A DNA stretch of 61,464 nucleotides, counting the filler, from Basidiobolus ranarum (taxonomy: Eukaryota): the NCBI GenBank assembly GCA_040143965.1. It is 6 parts of 6 records of this genome, joined end to end, with 100 filler letters (N's around TTAATTAATTAA, not from the genome) between each part and the next. Parts side by side here need not be neighbours in the genome. Positions count along the whole stretch, not along the records: positions 30,823 to 40,973 come from JASJQH010007608.1; positions 41,074 to 51,221 come from JASJQH010007609.1; 4 more parts are not named here. One strand, 5' to 3'. Made by a program: the position numbers and the translations under genes. A model generated the notes under the pieces. The model was not told the origin of the DNA. It did no database searches and saw only the letters and a list, made by a program, of their open reading frames with translations. Below are positions 39,402 to 49,575 of the stretch, piece after piece. Within the stretch, counting starts at the first letter, position 1. Each line of letters opens with the position of its first letter.

Positions 39402-40850
39402 CTCTCCCTCAACTACATAGTCATATGAACTAATCTCAAGGAAGGTCTAAATTTCTCAAATTTCTTTTTGGCTAATGATTTGGTTAATATATCAGCAAGC
39501 ATGTCTTCTGTAGAACAATAAGTTAAGTCAATAAACTTTTTCTCTATAGTCACTCTAATGAAGTGATGGTTAATATCTATATGTTTGCTTCTATTACAAA
39601 ACATGGGATTTTTAGTGAACTTGATACAACTTTGCTTATCTTGACATATTGTAGTTGGTGAAGTTTGAGCATAACCTAAATCTGTTATGAGTTAACTTAA
39701 CCATATTGCTTCTTTTGTTGCTTCACACACAGCCATGCATTCTGCTTTGGTTGTTGAAAGTGCTATGGTAGGTTGTTTCTTTGAATTCCAAGAAATAGCT
39801 CCATTACAGCAAAGAAACAAGTATCCTGTTACAGATCTCCAGTCTTCAATATATCTTCCCCAATTTGAATCTGAATATCCCATCATATCAAAGTTTGATC
39901 AAAGATATGTGTTTTTAAGCACTTATCCAGAGTACCTTTCAAATATATGAAAATCCACTTAACTACTATGATTTGATCAGATCCATAATTTTGAAGATGT
40001 TGGCACATAGCTCCCACAGAATATGTAGTATCTGGCCATGTGCCAACCACAATATCAATCAAACTACCAACCATAGATTAGTGAGGAAATTGCTGGCTTT
40101 TGTATGAATCCAAAAACATCTCATTTGAGCCATTTTTGGTCAAGATAAGATTTGTCTCCATTGGGGTAGATACTGGACTACATTTTTGAATCTTAACCTT
40201 CTTTAGTATATCTAGGATATACTTAGACTGGTTTAAAGTTATTGTTTTGGTAGTTCTATCTATCTTAATTTGGACTCCAAGATAGTATATCAATTCACCA
40301 AGGTTAGTAAGTTTAAATTTGGCAGATAAGCTGGATTTAGTTTTCTACAAAATCTTCAAGTCATTGGTTGATATAATAAGGTCATCTACATATAAGGCTA
40401 ATAAAACTGGGTTTGTCTTATCTGGCCTGAAGTAGAAAGTATAGTTAGCATGACTCTTTTGGAACTTGAGTGTTTCCAAAAATGCATCTGAGTTGCTGTT
40501 CCAAGCTCTGGAATATTGTTTTAAGCTATAGAGTGTTTTCCAGAGTCTGCAAGCTTTTTTAGGGTTTTCTGGGTCCACAAATTCATCTGGCTTGTCTATA
40601 TTGATCTCCTTAACAAGCTCACCACTCAAAAAAATAGCTCTGATATCCATTTGATGTACCATAACCTGCTATTTAGCTGAAATTGTTAAAATCAATCTAA
40701 TTGATTAAGCTTTGCTACAGGAGCCAAAGTTTCTGTATAATCTATATGTGGTCTTTGGGAAATGCCTTTGCCTACTAGTATAGCCTTGTACCTTTCTATA
40801 TTGCCATCAGAGTTGTATTTGAGCTTAAACACCTGTTGGCAAATAATGGA
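39402..40850 (-). mobile_element. Degenerate copia pol (RT-RNase H), element 2
   Basis: ORF pieces HQMDI..FLSGEL, LALYVDDLII, YYLGVQI, GYSDSNWG...SKKQPTIALSTTKAE, RSKHIDINHHFIR, ADILTKSL. Confidence 0.93.
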
Positions 40851-40973
40851 TGTCCTCTCATCCCCTAACAGAAATTTGAGGATTGTTATTGTAGGAAAAC
40901 CGTCACAATTTTAATCCATTTGGGATTGACCGTTTACTTACCATCATAAAATCGTCAAGTTAGATTTGATTTT

Positions 40974-41073
40974 NNNNNNNNNNNNNNNNNNNNNNNNNNN
41001 NNNNNNNNNNNNNNNNNTTAATTAATTAANNNNNNNNNNNNNNNNNNNNNNNNNNNNNNNNNNNNNNNNNNNN
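40974..41073. other. Artificial contig spacer
   Basis: 100-nt N block with TTAATTAATTAA. Confidence 0.97.
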
Positions 41074-42652
41074 CGAAAACCCACCAGCTACCAAAGACAC
41101 ATCCTCGGTCATGGAGACGCAGTTCAAACTTGGAAGAAAATTTCGATTTCAGGAACAACGTATATTCAATAATAATAAAATAACTTGAAGTACCTTCCGC
41201 TAGTATTATGAAATGTGTACATACAGATAGAGGGTAAAGCGCCTGGACCTAACTTAAGACGCTTTCTTAAATCAACAATCCCGTCTATCTCAGCTTGAAT
41301 ATCAAGTCCTTTACTACAAAGTCAATATGTGAGATTGACATCAAAGTAAATCAATACGTATCCAAATTTTGAAAAAAGCAACCACTATAAAGATATGAAA
41401 GTATACTAACATGGGTGGCAATGGTATATCTTCCCTGGCTGGACCATCCTGAGAGCCTTCTAGTTTAACCTTTTTGTACTCTTCGACAAGTGATGATGCG
41501 GCAGTTTCTATCTCTGCTCCCTAAATTTAACATTATTTATTACCACCCTATCATGTAATTCACGTTTACGCGTATCGATACGTACAGTAGATCCAGTATC
41601 AGCTTTGGCTTTCTCGTCGTCTTCTTTTAATGCTCGCTCAACCTCTTCTCTGAGAGCCGGATCAGGAGGAAGTTGCCCAAGTTGTACAGGTTGTTGATTA
41701 AATGCTTTCAACTGATGTGTCTTGTGACCGGTAATACCGACTCCTTCTTCAGTTTCTATATCTGGCGATGTGTTTGGTTTTCCGGGTGATACTGCAAAGT
41801 AAAGGACAAAATAACATTATTTAGAATGATTCAGTTATCAGAAAGATGAATTCACTGTCAATACCTTGAATATTCAAATATTGATTTACGATTCTCAATA
41901 AAAGCATAAACTTATTATCTTGAAGAAAGGATATGAACAACTCAAAGGTGACGTTAGTCATCTTGAGGTTATATTTGTTTTTGCGATAAATCTGTACGAG
42001 TGGATTTTCTTCAACGTGTTGAGGTTCAGTGACTGCCGCTAGGCGCTGAATATCTGGTGTATGAAACTCTTCGTGATCACTTTTGTAAGCTTTAAAAAAC
42101 TTTTGAGCTGTAAATAGAAAGAGAAATTCCTCGTGGTTATTTGGTGAATCTTTGAAAAATTTGAACAAAAGGGGCATGAATGTTTAGGGGAATTGCTACT
42201 ATATCTAGCTCTCACCTTGTTCTCTATAGCCCTTAGAAACAAGATCCAAGAACGCGTGTATGTAAATAGGATAGAGCACAACTCTAAGTTCACCCTAATA
42301 AAAGGTTAAATTAACAAAATTTAATTTCTTCTGAAGAATTTTTAGATAATATAATGAAGCCAACTTTATATAGATCTAAAGAATTCTCAATCCAACGTCT
42401 TAAACTCAAATAACTGTCTCCATAAGCGTCAGGATTTCCTTGTTCTGCTTCGTTATAAAATAATAGATAATCTGGTACCGAGGCTTCGTCTTGAGAAGTG
42501 AAATCGGTGGCTACCAATTCATTCAGTGACTGGACCTTTGCTTCGTGTCGAAGCATGGTTTCCGTCTGTCGGTAACCTTTTTTACTAAGATAGCTAAGAA
42601 CTACTTTATCAGCATCTGGTGAATTCGTCATCGAGGAGTTTGGTACACTCAT
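41074..42652 (-). CDS. TAF5: TFIID subunit 5, 5' portion (WD40 region cut off by the contig end)
   Basis: LisH-like VLSYLSKKGYRQTE; NTD2 (YLSLRRWIENSLDLYK, LCSILFTYTR region, LLRIVNQYLNI); later exons LPSICMYTFHNT and LNCVSMTEDVSLVAGGF; several short introns. Confidence 0.93.
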
Positions 42653-43153
42653 TTGCCGTTCGAAATGTGTATGCTAACGATAGGCAATGAAAAAACAAGC
42701 AATACGAGTACCGTCAATAATGAACTAACTCTCTTGATCAAAATATAACTATTGACTCTTGATAAATATAGATTTAGTAATGTCGCGTATTTAGGTCTTT
42801 TATGCATATTGATTTTTTTGCGACAAAAATCAATGAAAATGTCAGAGTAATTTTATCAATTGAGTGGATAATTTTAAAACATTTATTAAATTACAGTTTA
42901 TCTACATTATTTACACAATCTTCCTAAATGTTTATATATATATATAAAGGTTAGACAATTTAATACCAAAAGCAAATTTAATGATATCTGTACGCTCAGA
43001 TTTTAAGGCCCACTCAATTTTATCTTCTTGGTCTCAATAATCGAAAAGCTGGTATTGACCAGGCTAACCAATTATCTTGACTCTTAGAACAAGGATGAGT
43101 TTTATCATCACAGCGCTTAGATACTTTATCAAATGGAATTCCAATTTACCTGT

Positions 43154-43822
43154 TTAAAACTTAAGTGGTAATACAGGCCATAGACTAGGCGCTTTCTGGC
43201 CATTCTCCGAGCATCCTTTTTCGTATTCATAATTCAAAGTAGCTTCTAACGTTGCGATTGTGGATCCAGAGGACCCATAGAGAACGCTATATTCTTATGG
43301 AGTATAGCTGTTGGAAGTCATTGTAGGCAAAGAGTTTAGGGCAACAGTAAGGGCTTCTCCTTCTTCCTTACGTTGAGCTTCAGCCTCGAGAGATTTCTCC
43401 GCATCACCTGTTGGGTTAACATATTCAGCATATAAGATTCAATATGATACGAGAATAATATACTTACGTTCTAGTCGATGCTTTTCGGAGAAAGCGAACA
43501 TTGCGATAGTTTCCTCACTTAACTGGAAGTTAACTTCTTCAACATCTTCGGTTTCTTCCTGAGTAGCCAATTCCTCGTACTGTTCATTGTCAATATTATT
43601 TTGCGGATATGAATATGTATCCACGTGGTGAGTGTACTCCGAAGGTAAAGAATATTGAGGATAGAAGCCGCCGCGTTGTGGATTTATGAGGTTCCTGAAA
43701 AAAGGGAGGTGAGGGGGGAAATGAGCAGCGTGGAATTCCGCAAAACCCAGTGTTCGAGGACGACTGGGCTTATGATTAGGGAATAAATGATGAGCTGAGT
43801 TTTTGTCAAGCGAAGAATGCAT
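43154..43822 (-). CDS. GEMIN8: Gemin8-like SMN-complex subunit (in-frame TAA in the simplest two-exon model)
   Basis: Exon 1 43822-43468 ends FQLSEETIAMFAFSEKHRLER; downstream frame gives LYGSSGSTIATLEATLNYEYEKGC...PSLWPVLPLKF*, resembling the Gemin8 C-terminus as I recall it (LYG..A.I.AMEA......D.......WPVIPLKF). TAA at 43297-43295 if the acceptor before 43407 is used. Confidence 0.75.
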
Positions 43823-44292
43823 TAATGAACAAGAGCTACTGATGTCCTCATATTTTTACGTTCTAGATGACGTAAACCGAGAAACCTCAGGGGTGTCAAT
43901 GTTTTGAACTATTACCCCGGACAATGATAATCTATTTGCAATAGCCCTAATATGATTAAAATATAATGGCTAATCAATGGTCGAAATCAACACTATATAC
44001 TGGAGGTGTCAAGCTACAAACTGACAACATAACTAAGGTAAAATAAGAATTTTGCTTTACTACCAATAAATAATTTTATTCATAGTGAATGTATTGTCAA
44101 CAGAAATCAACAATATTTGATGATTCATATCAATACACGATATAAGCAATTGCCAGTATATCCAAGGAATTGAATCTGTACAAGTGAAAAAGTTAGTTAT
44201 ATGACAAGCGGAATAAATGTCTGCTTCTACTTACTCTTCTATGAAGAAATATAGAAACCGAGGTGAAGAGGCCAAGGTAATCATCAAGAAAT

Positions 44293-44973
44293 TTATTTCT
44301 TCTTGGAGACACCAACGGTTCTTCCTCTTCTGCCAGTAGTCTTGGTATGTTGACCACGGACACGGAGACCCCAGTAGTGACGAAGACCACGATGAGCACG
44401 AATCTTCTTCATACGTTCCAAATCTTCACGGAACTTGTTATCAAGACCGTTAGCCAAAACTTGGGTATACTTTCCGTCAACAATATCCTTTTGTCTGTTA
44501 AGGAACCATTTGGGGATCTTGTATTGAAGAGGGTTTTGAATGATGGTGACGATACGTTCCAATTCTTCGTTGGTAAGTTCACCGGCTCTCTTGGTGAGAT
44601 CAATATCAGCCTTCTTACAGACCATAGTGGAGTAACGTCTACCAACACCCTTGATGGCAGTCAAGGCGAAGACGACCTTGGTTCTACCCTCAATATTGGT
44701 ATTGAGAAGACGGATAATGTGTTGGAACTGATTCTTATCGGGAACGACGAGAGACTAGAAAATAGTTGACAGAAAATCTTAGAATTCAGATTATTCAACC
44801 ATTCTGTAAAGATATCTGCCCAGTGATAGATATATCCATCCATCCATCCTCAAAATCTATATACTAGTTAACACTTGTAGTTCTATTAACTAGTGAGAGG
44901 ATTTTGTCTTGTATTTTGGAATATATTGCAGAGTAAATTACAAATTTACATTAGCTTGACGTTAGCTTACCAT
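44293..44973 (-). CDS. RPS18: 40S ribosomal protein S18 (uS13)
   Basis: ATG-only exon 44973-44971, intron 44970-44755, exon 2 44754-44293: [11 protein letters not shown]...[24 protein letters not shown]. Confidence 0.98.
44782..44858 (-). ncRNA. Candidate intronic box C/D snoRNA (snR76/SNORD88-like target)
   Basis: Within the RPS18 intron: degenerate C box TTGAGGA (44853-44847), CACTGGGCAGATATC (44825-44811) antisense to the conserved LSU rRNA stretch GAUUUCUGCCCAGUG as recalled, C'-like TGGTTGA and D box CTGA (44789-44786). Confidence 0.4.
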
Positions 44974-45419
44974 TTTGCACGTCTACCAGGCCAGGTGGAA
45001 AAGGAGGTTCTATTTCCAAAGCTTGACTAGATTTATTGTTCGACACCGTCCATAGATTTGCAAAAAAATTCATACAACCTTTGGCAGGGGATCATCATAA
45101 ACTGTATGTCACGTGATATAGACACTAGATGTAAATAACATTTAACTAAAACAAAGGTTAATCACTGAAGTTAAATACACGTGAGATAGGTGATGTCAAG
45201 GATGCAATAAGCAAGATGTAGTCACCGGGAATGATGATTCCATTTGCACTTGACAAGCACTACTTGGCAATTTTGAGTATATGAACGTGTGTAGCATCGT
45301 TGCAACTCCAACAAGAATAATAGAGTGCAAAGGAGATAATGTAAAAATGTATGAAATAATGCACTGTCACGCTTTTATTAATATTCCAGCAATCGAACTC
45401 AAAATGCTTGGAAACCAAT

Positions 45420-46325
45420 CTAGTTCTCGTCACCAAGAATAGCATCCTTCTTTGCTTGGATACGCTCAGCACGACGGTCACGGGCAGCCTTAGACTTAAG
45501 ACGATGAGCTTCAGCTTGATCAGCGATGAGCTTAGCTCTGAGCTTCTCAGCCTTAGCCTTGTGGATGAACTCCATCAAGACGCGCTTGTTCTTGAAGACA
45601 TTACCTTTAGATTTCATGTAAAGGGAATGGTACAAGTGCTTGTCGATCTTGCCAGCTTCTCTGTACTTTCTAAGCATACGTCTCAAGACACGTTGACGAC
45701 GCATCCAGAGGACTTGAGTAGGCATACGAGCCTCGGCAGTACCTCTACGCTTACCAGTACCGGTGTGACGTCCCTTACGCTTAGCAGCGAGCTTTTCACG
45801 AACTCTGAAGCGAGAGTGAACAACGTTGGGTTTCTTGATGATGAGACCATCCTTGATAAGCTTTCTAACGTTTTGACCTAATGGATGAAATTTATTAATG
45901 CCAATTAAACAAAAAAAATATTCACTCCAATATACTTACGAGAGTTAGCGTTAGCGATTTCGCTGATTTCATTGGGGTCAATCCAGACTTTTCTTTTACC
46001 GCACTTAAGGACGCTGGCGGCCAAACGTTTCTGACTGCTCAAAGAAACCCTTTTGAAAAATTGGTTATTAGATAAGAGTTAAGGTGGCGGTTGAGGTATT
46101 CTATGAATATTCTGTCAAAATATTGCTAACTAAAATAACACGGGTTCCCTCAAGAAATTCCCATGCTTATAGGTGGGAAATGACATCTGATGTCAAATTA
46201 CAAATGTCCAGATCCGCCTTTCTTGGGAATATATAGCAAAGTAACTTGATGAAACTATCTATCTTCAGAGTGGTATTGTATTGCCGAATATATGTATGTT
46301 TGCATACACAAACTTTAACTTACAT
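45420..46325 (-). CDS. RPL19: 60S ribosomal protein L19 (eL19)
   Basis: Exons 46325-46324 (AT), 46049-45940 ([28 protein letters not shown]), 45877-45420 ([18 protein letters not shown]...[13 protein letters not shown]). Confidence 0.98.
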
Positions 46326-46694
46326 TTTAAAAAAGGAGCAACCTGTCAGGTAGGAGGAAGAGAAGGAAAAACCTTGGTCAAAAAGAGGGGATTTAATTTC
46401 CGGTCCTACCAAAATGATTGGTCTATCAGGATACAAATTTGAGAAAAAAAACAAAATTAATAGTATGATGTTCGATCACATGACTAGTGTGTGTTATCCT
46501 CAGATTTTTATTCAATGAATATACAGTTGGACAAATTATCCACAAGAAATTTAGAACTCTACTGAGCAGTTACGGTTAAGATTTTATAATAGGGTATTGG
46601 GCGATATGGTCAAAAATGGGTTATCTAAACAAGGGAGAATCAAGGTTGAATAAGAGCGGGGGTAATGTAGAGAAGGGGATGTCTGTATAGTTGA

Positions 46695-48750
46695 TCAATT
46701 GAAGATTTGCGAGATATGGGTTCGATGAAGTGGATTATGAGTTCTAGAACGAGGTGAATGTTTTGGCGACCTATTATGTCTGATAGAAGTGTATGACAGT
46801 TTAGATCTTCTTTTTGGTCTGTCGACGGTCCCATTAGTAGTACGGAAAGAAAGTACAGGTGGTGCAGTCGAATGTGATTTCGTTAAGATATTGCGAAAGA
46901 TTGGATTCAGCGAGCCCTGGGATTTACAATCAATGTCAAAATGCTCACCAAGGTTGAGGCTTTGGCCTAATTTTAATGGAGACTTGTCAGCGTCAGATGA
47001 TTGTCCAACAAGTGTATCCGTATCGTTCAAAATCCTATCGAATTCTGAAGGATGTAAGTTCAATTTTTCTTCAAATCTTGGCGGCTCGATCCCGGCAGCA
47101 ATGTCTGGTAGTATGGGATTGAATTCAGTCACTGACATGTCGACTAGACCTAAACCACTAGAAAGCGTTTGCTTTAGTTTGAAGCAACGTTGTTCTACAT
47201 CAGAAGGAGGCTCCAGGAATCCACTTATTATACTGTCATTGGAAGTTCGAATCCGTTTAAAGGAAGAGTTTGAAGAAGAGTGGTAAATGGTAGACTTTGT
47301 AAATTCTTTTGAATAATTAAGATTCGCTTCTAATCCATCAGAAAATAACTGATCTTCGTCCATGTATTCAGATCCTCTTTTGATGTTTGGAGTAGAGTGA
47401 CTCTTTGAGAGACTGTTACTACTGAACTCAGTTGATTTTGAAAGTGTTATTCGGTTAAATGAGTTAAGCGGATGATTTTCATGCCCGACACTTTGATAGG
47501 GTTGAGCCTCCAAGTGATCGTGCGTCTGGCATGATTTGTCAGTCATCAAAGGTGCACGTATAGGTGGAGGAGAAAGTGAATGTAAAGGTTGATCTAAATT
47601 TTTTTTGAAGCATTGGTGCACTCGGACCCTCTTCTATGGGATAACAAGCAGCTTTCATTATCGAAGGCCGGTGGTTCTTGTCGTGTTGTATCTAGATATA
47701 CATTTGGTGAATGAATATTAAATGAGGGAATGTATGCAAATTTTACCAATTTCATCTCTTCTACGATAGACCCAGGTCATCAGTCCAAGTAAAAGGAACA
47801 AGATACATGATCCAATAGTAATAAGAGCTATTCCCCACGGAGGTACTTTCTCGTGCTTTACTGGAAGCAAGCCTAAATCGATATTGTTTAAAAATAGGAA
47901 ATATACCCAGTGGATATGAGGTGATCTTATACCAGATGCACATGTTGAAATTACCGCGGCTGAACTACAAGCTGGAGTTCCGGTACTTCGACATGTAATG
48001 TCATTTCCGCCAAGCTCGCAAATACCCTGATCAAGTAATTCGAAAGGAGGGAGAACACCGGCCAAGCGGTTATTACTTAGGCCTCTGTGTGGTTCAAAAT
48101 ATAGTAAATTATGTGTAAACGTAGTGACTCTAATAAAAAGATTACATAAAGACGGCATTTTATCAGTTTAGATATATCGTTGGGCACCTCGCCACTAAAC
48201 TGGTTATCATTTAAATTCCTGTAATTGAAGCGAAATTGTCAGTGAAGTAAAGGCGATAACAGGGGCAAATTTTGATTCTCACAGATATCCTAATGGTAGA
48301 TCAAACATCTCTACAGGAAGAGGCCCAGAGAATTGGGAGCGAGCGAGAGATCTAGTTATTCCAGAATCTGCAATAGAAAAGAACTTCCAGTATCTTAATT
48401 TTCACTTGCAAATATTTGAGTCTTCTTAGGTTACTGATGGAGGAAGGTATAAGCCCGGTAACTTTGGTATCCACAAATGTAATTCCTGATAGATAGTCTA
48501 GTTTTCCTAGGTCGTTGGGAAGCTTCCCAGTGATATTTCCCATAAATACTAGTTGGGCAACCCGATTATTCTCACATATGATACCGAGAAATAGGCAGCA
48601 ATCTCTTGGCTGATCCTTATCATTGCCAAGGTCAACAGAAATGTCAGTGAAAGAGGAATTTACTAGGTATGTATAGTCTTCATTTAATGAACTCGTTGCT
48701 GAGGAATAGTAAAGAATGGTTGGGAGATATATAGTGATTTTGAAGAGCAT
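46695..48750 (-). CDS. Single-pass membrane protein with plant-type extracellular LRRs and a Ser-rich cytoplasmic tail (model has possible 1-nt indels)
   Basis: Exons 48750-48410, 48351-48283, 48218-48146, 48084-47933, 47872-47747, then the 46695-47621 ORF region. Cys cap CCLFLGIICENNRV; repeats ITGKLP, VTGLIP, QFSGPLP, NQFSGEVP, NRLAGVLP; TM IALITIGSCILFLLLGLMTWVY followed by RRR. The join to the tail is inferred. Confidence 0.75.
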
Positions 48751-49575
48751 ATCCTCTATTCAGAGTTTTCCGCGCTCCACCAATAGTTCACTCGATTTGA
48801 TGTTTAGATGAGCAATAGCAGTGGTGAAGAAACAAACAATTATAATTTGAAGTAGCTAGAGAACATTAAGTTGTAAATATTTAGAATTTAGTTCAATCAC
48901 CAAATCTCGCTGTTACATACCAAACATATATATATATTGTTAGATGACAACACCCCTTAGTCCTGACTCCCAGGAGTTGTAATCAAGATGCTAAAAAAAC
49001 AATGAGCAGGAATATATCATAGTCTCAGCATCGAGTAAGCCCAAAGATCGCCTGTAACATGAGTTAAATATGATAAACCTGGTTACTGCAACAAGATTGT
49101 GGTAATCAGACATGTCTCAAGGGAAATGATAATAAGCAAAACCCTGAACGAAGTTAATAACAGGAAGCTGAAGAGACTTGTTTAATGACCAGGGTTAGGG
49201 CTAGTTGTACTCGTCATTATCAAAACAATAGCCATAGCTCGCTTACCATCTGCCTTTCGGCCAACATGTGGTAAGTATATGGATCGCTAATAGTATATCT
49301 TCATGAAGCACTGTTTAATATGGCACTCTGACACCAATAAATATTAGATCTTATCAATGATTGATCTCCACTAACCCAACTAGAATTCAAAAATGCGTAG
49401 AAAATAGACAAGATTTTCATGTGACTGGGAGGGTTAGGAATGATGAGTTATCAAAGGCCTCGAAAATGAATGGAAATAGCAAACATGACAATATGACTGG
49501 AGCATGTAAAATCTATTTGCAAAAGTACAATTTTCATATTCTATACATATTATGGTAGACCGACATTAAACCAGA

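Noticed and set aside
45229-45280. ATGATGA C-box-like motif between RPS18 and RPL19
   Set aside because: No CTGA D box at a suitable distance and no recognisable guide.
44347-45881. Long plus-strand ORFs 44347-44769 and 45408-45881
   Set aside because: Antisense shadows of codon-biased RPS18 and RPL19; the same applies to ORFs opposite RPL12, the Crh genes, PRM10, YRB2 and the arrestin.
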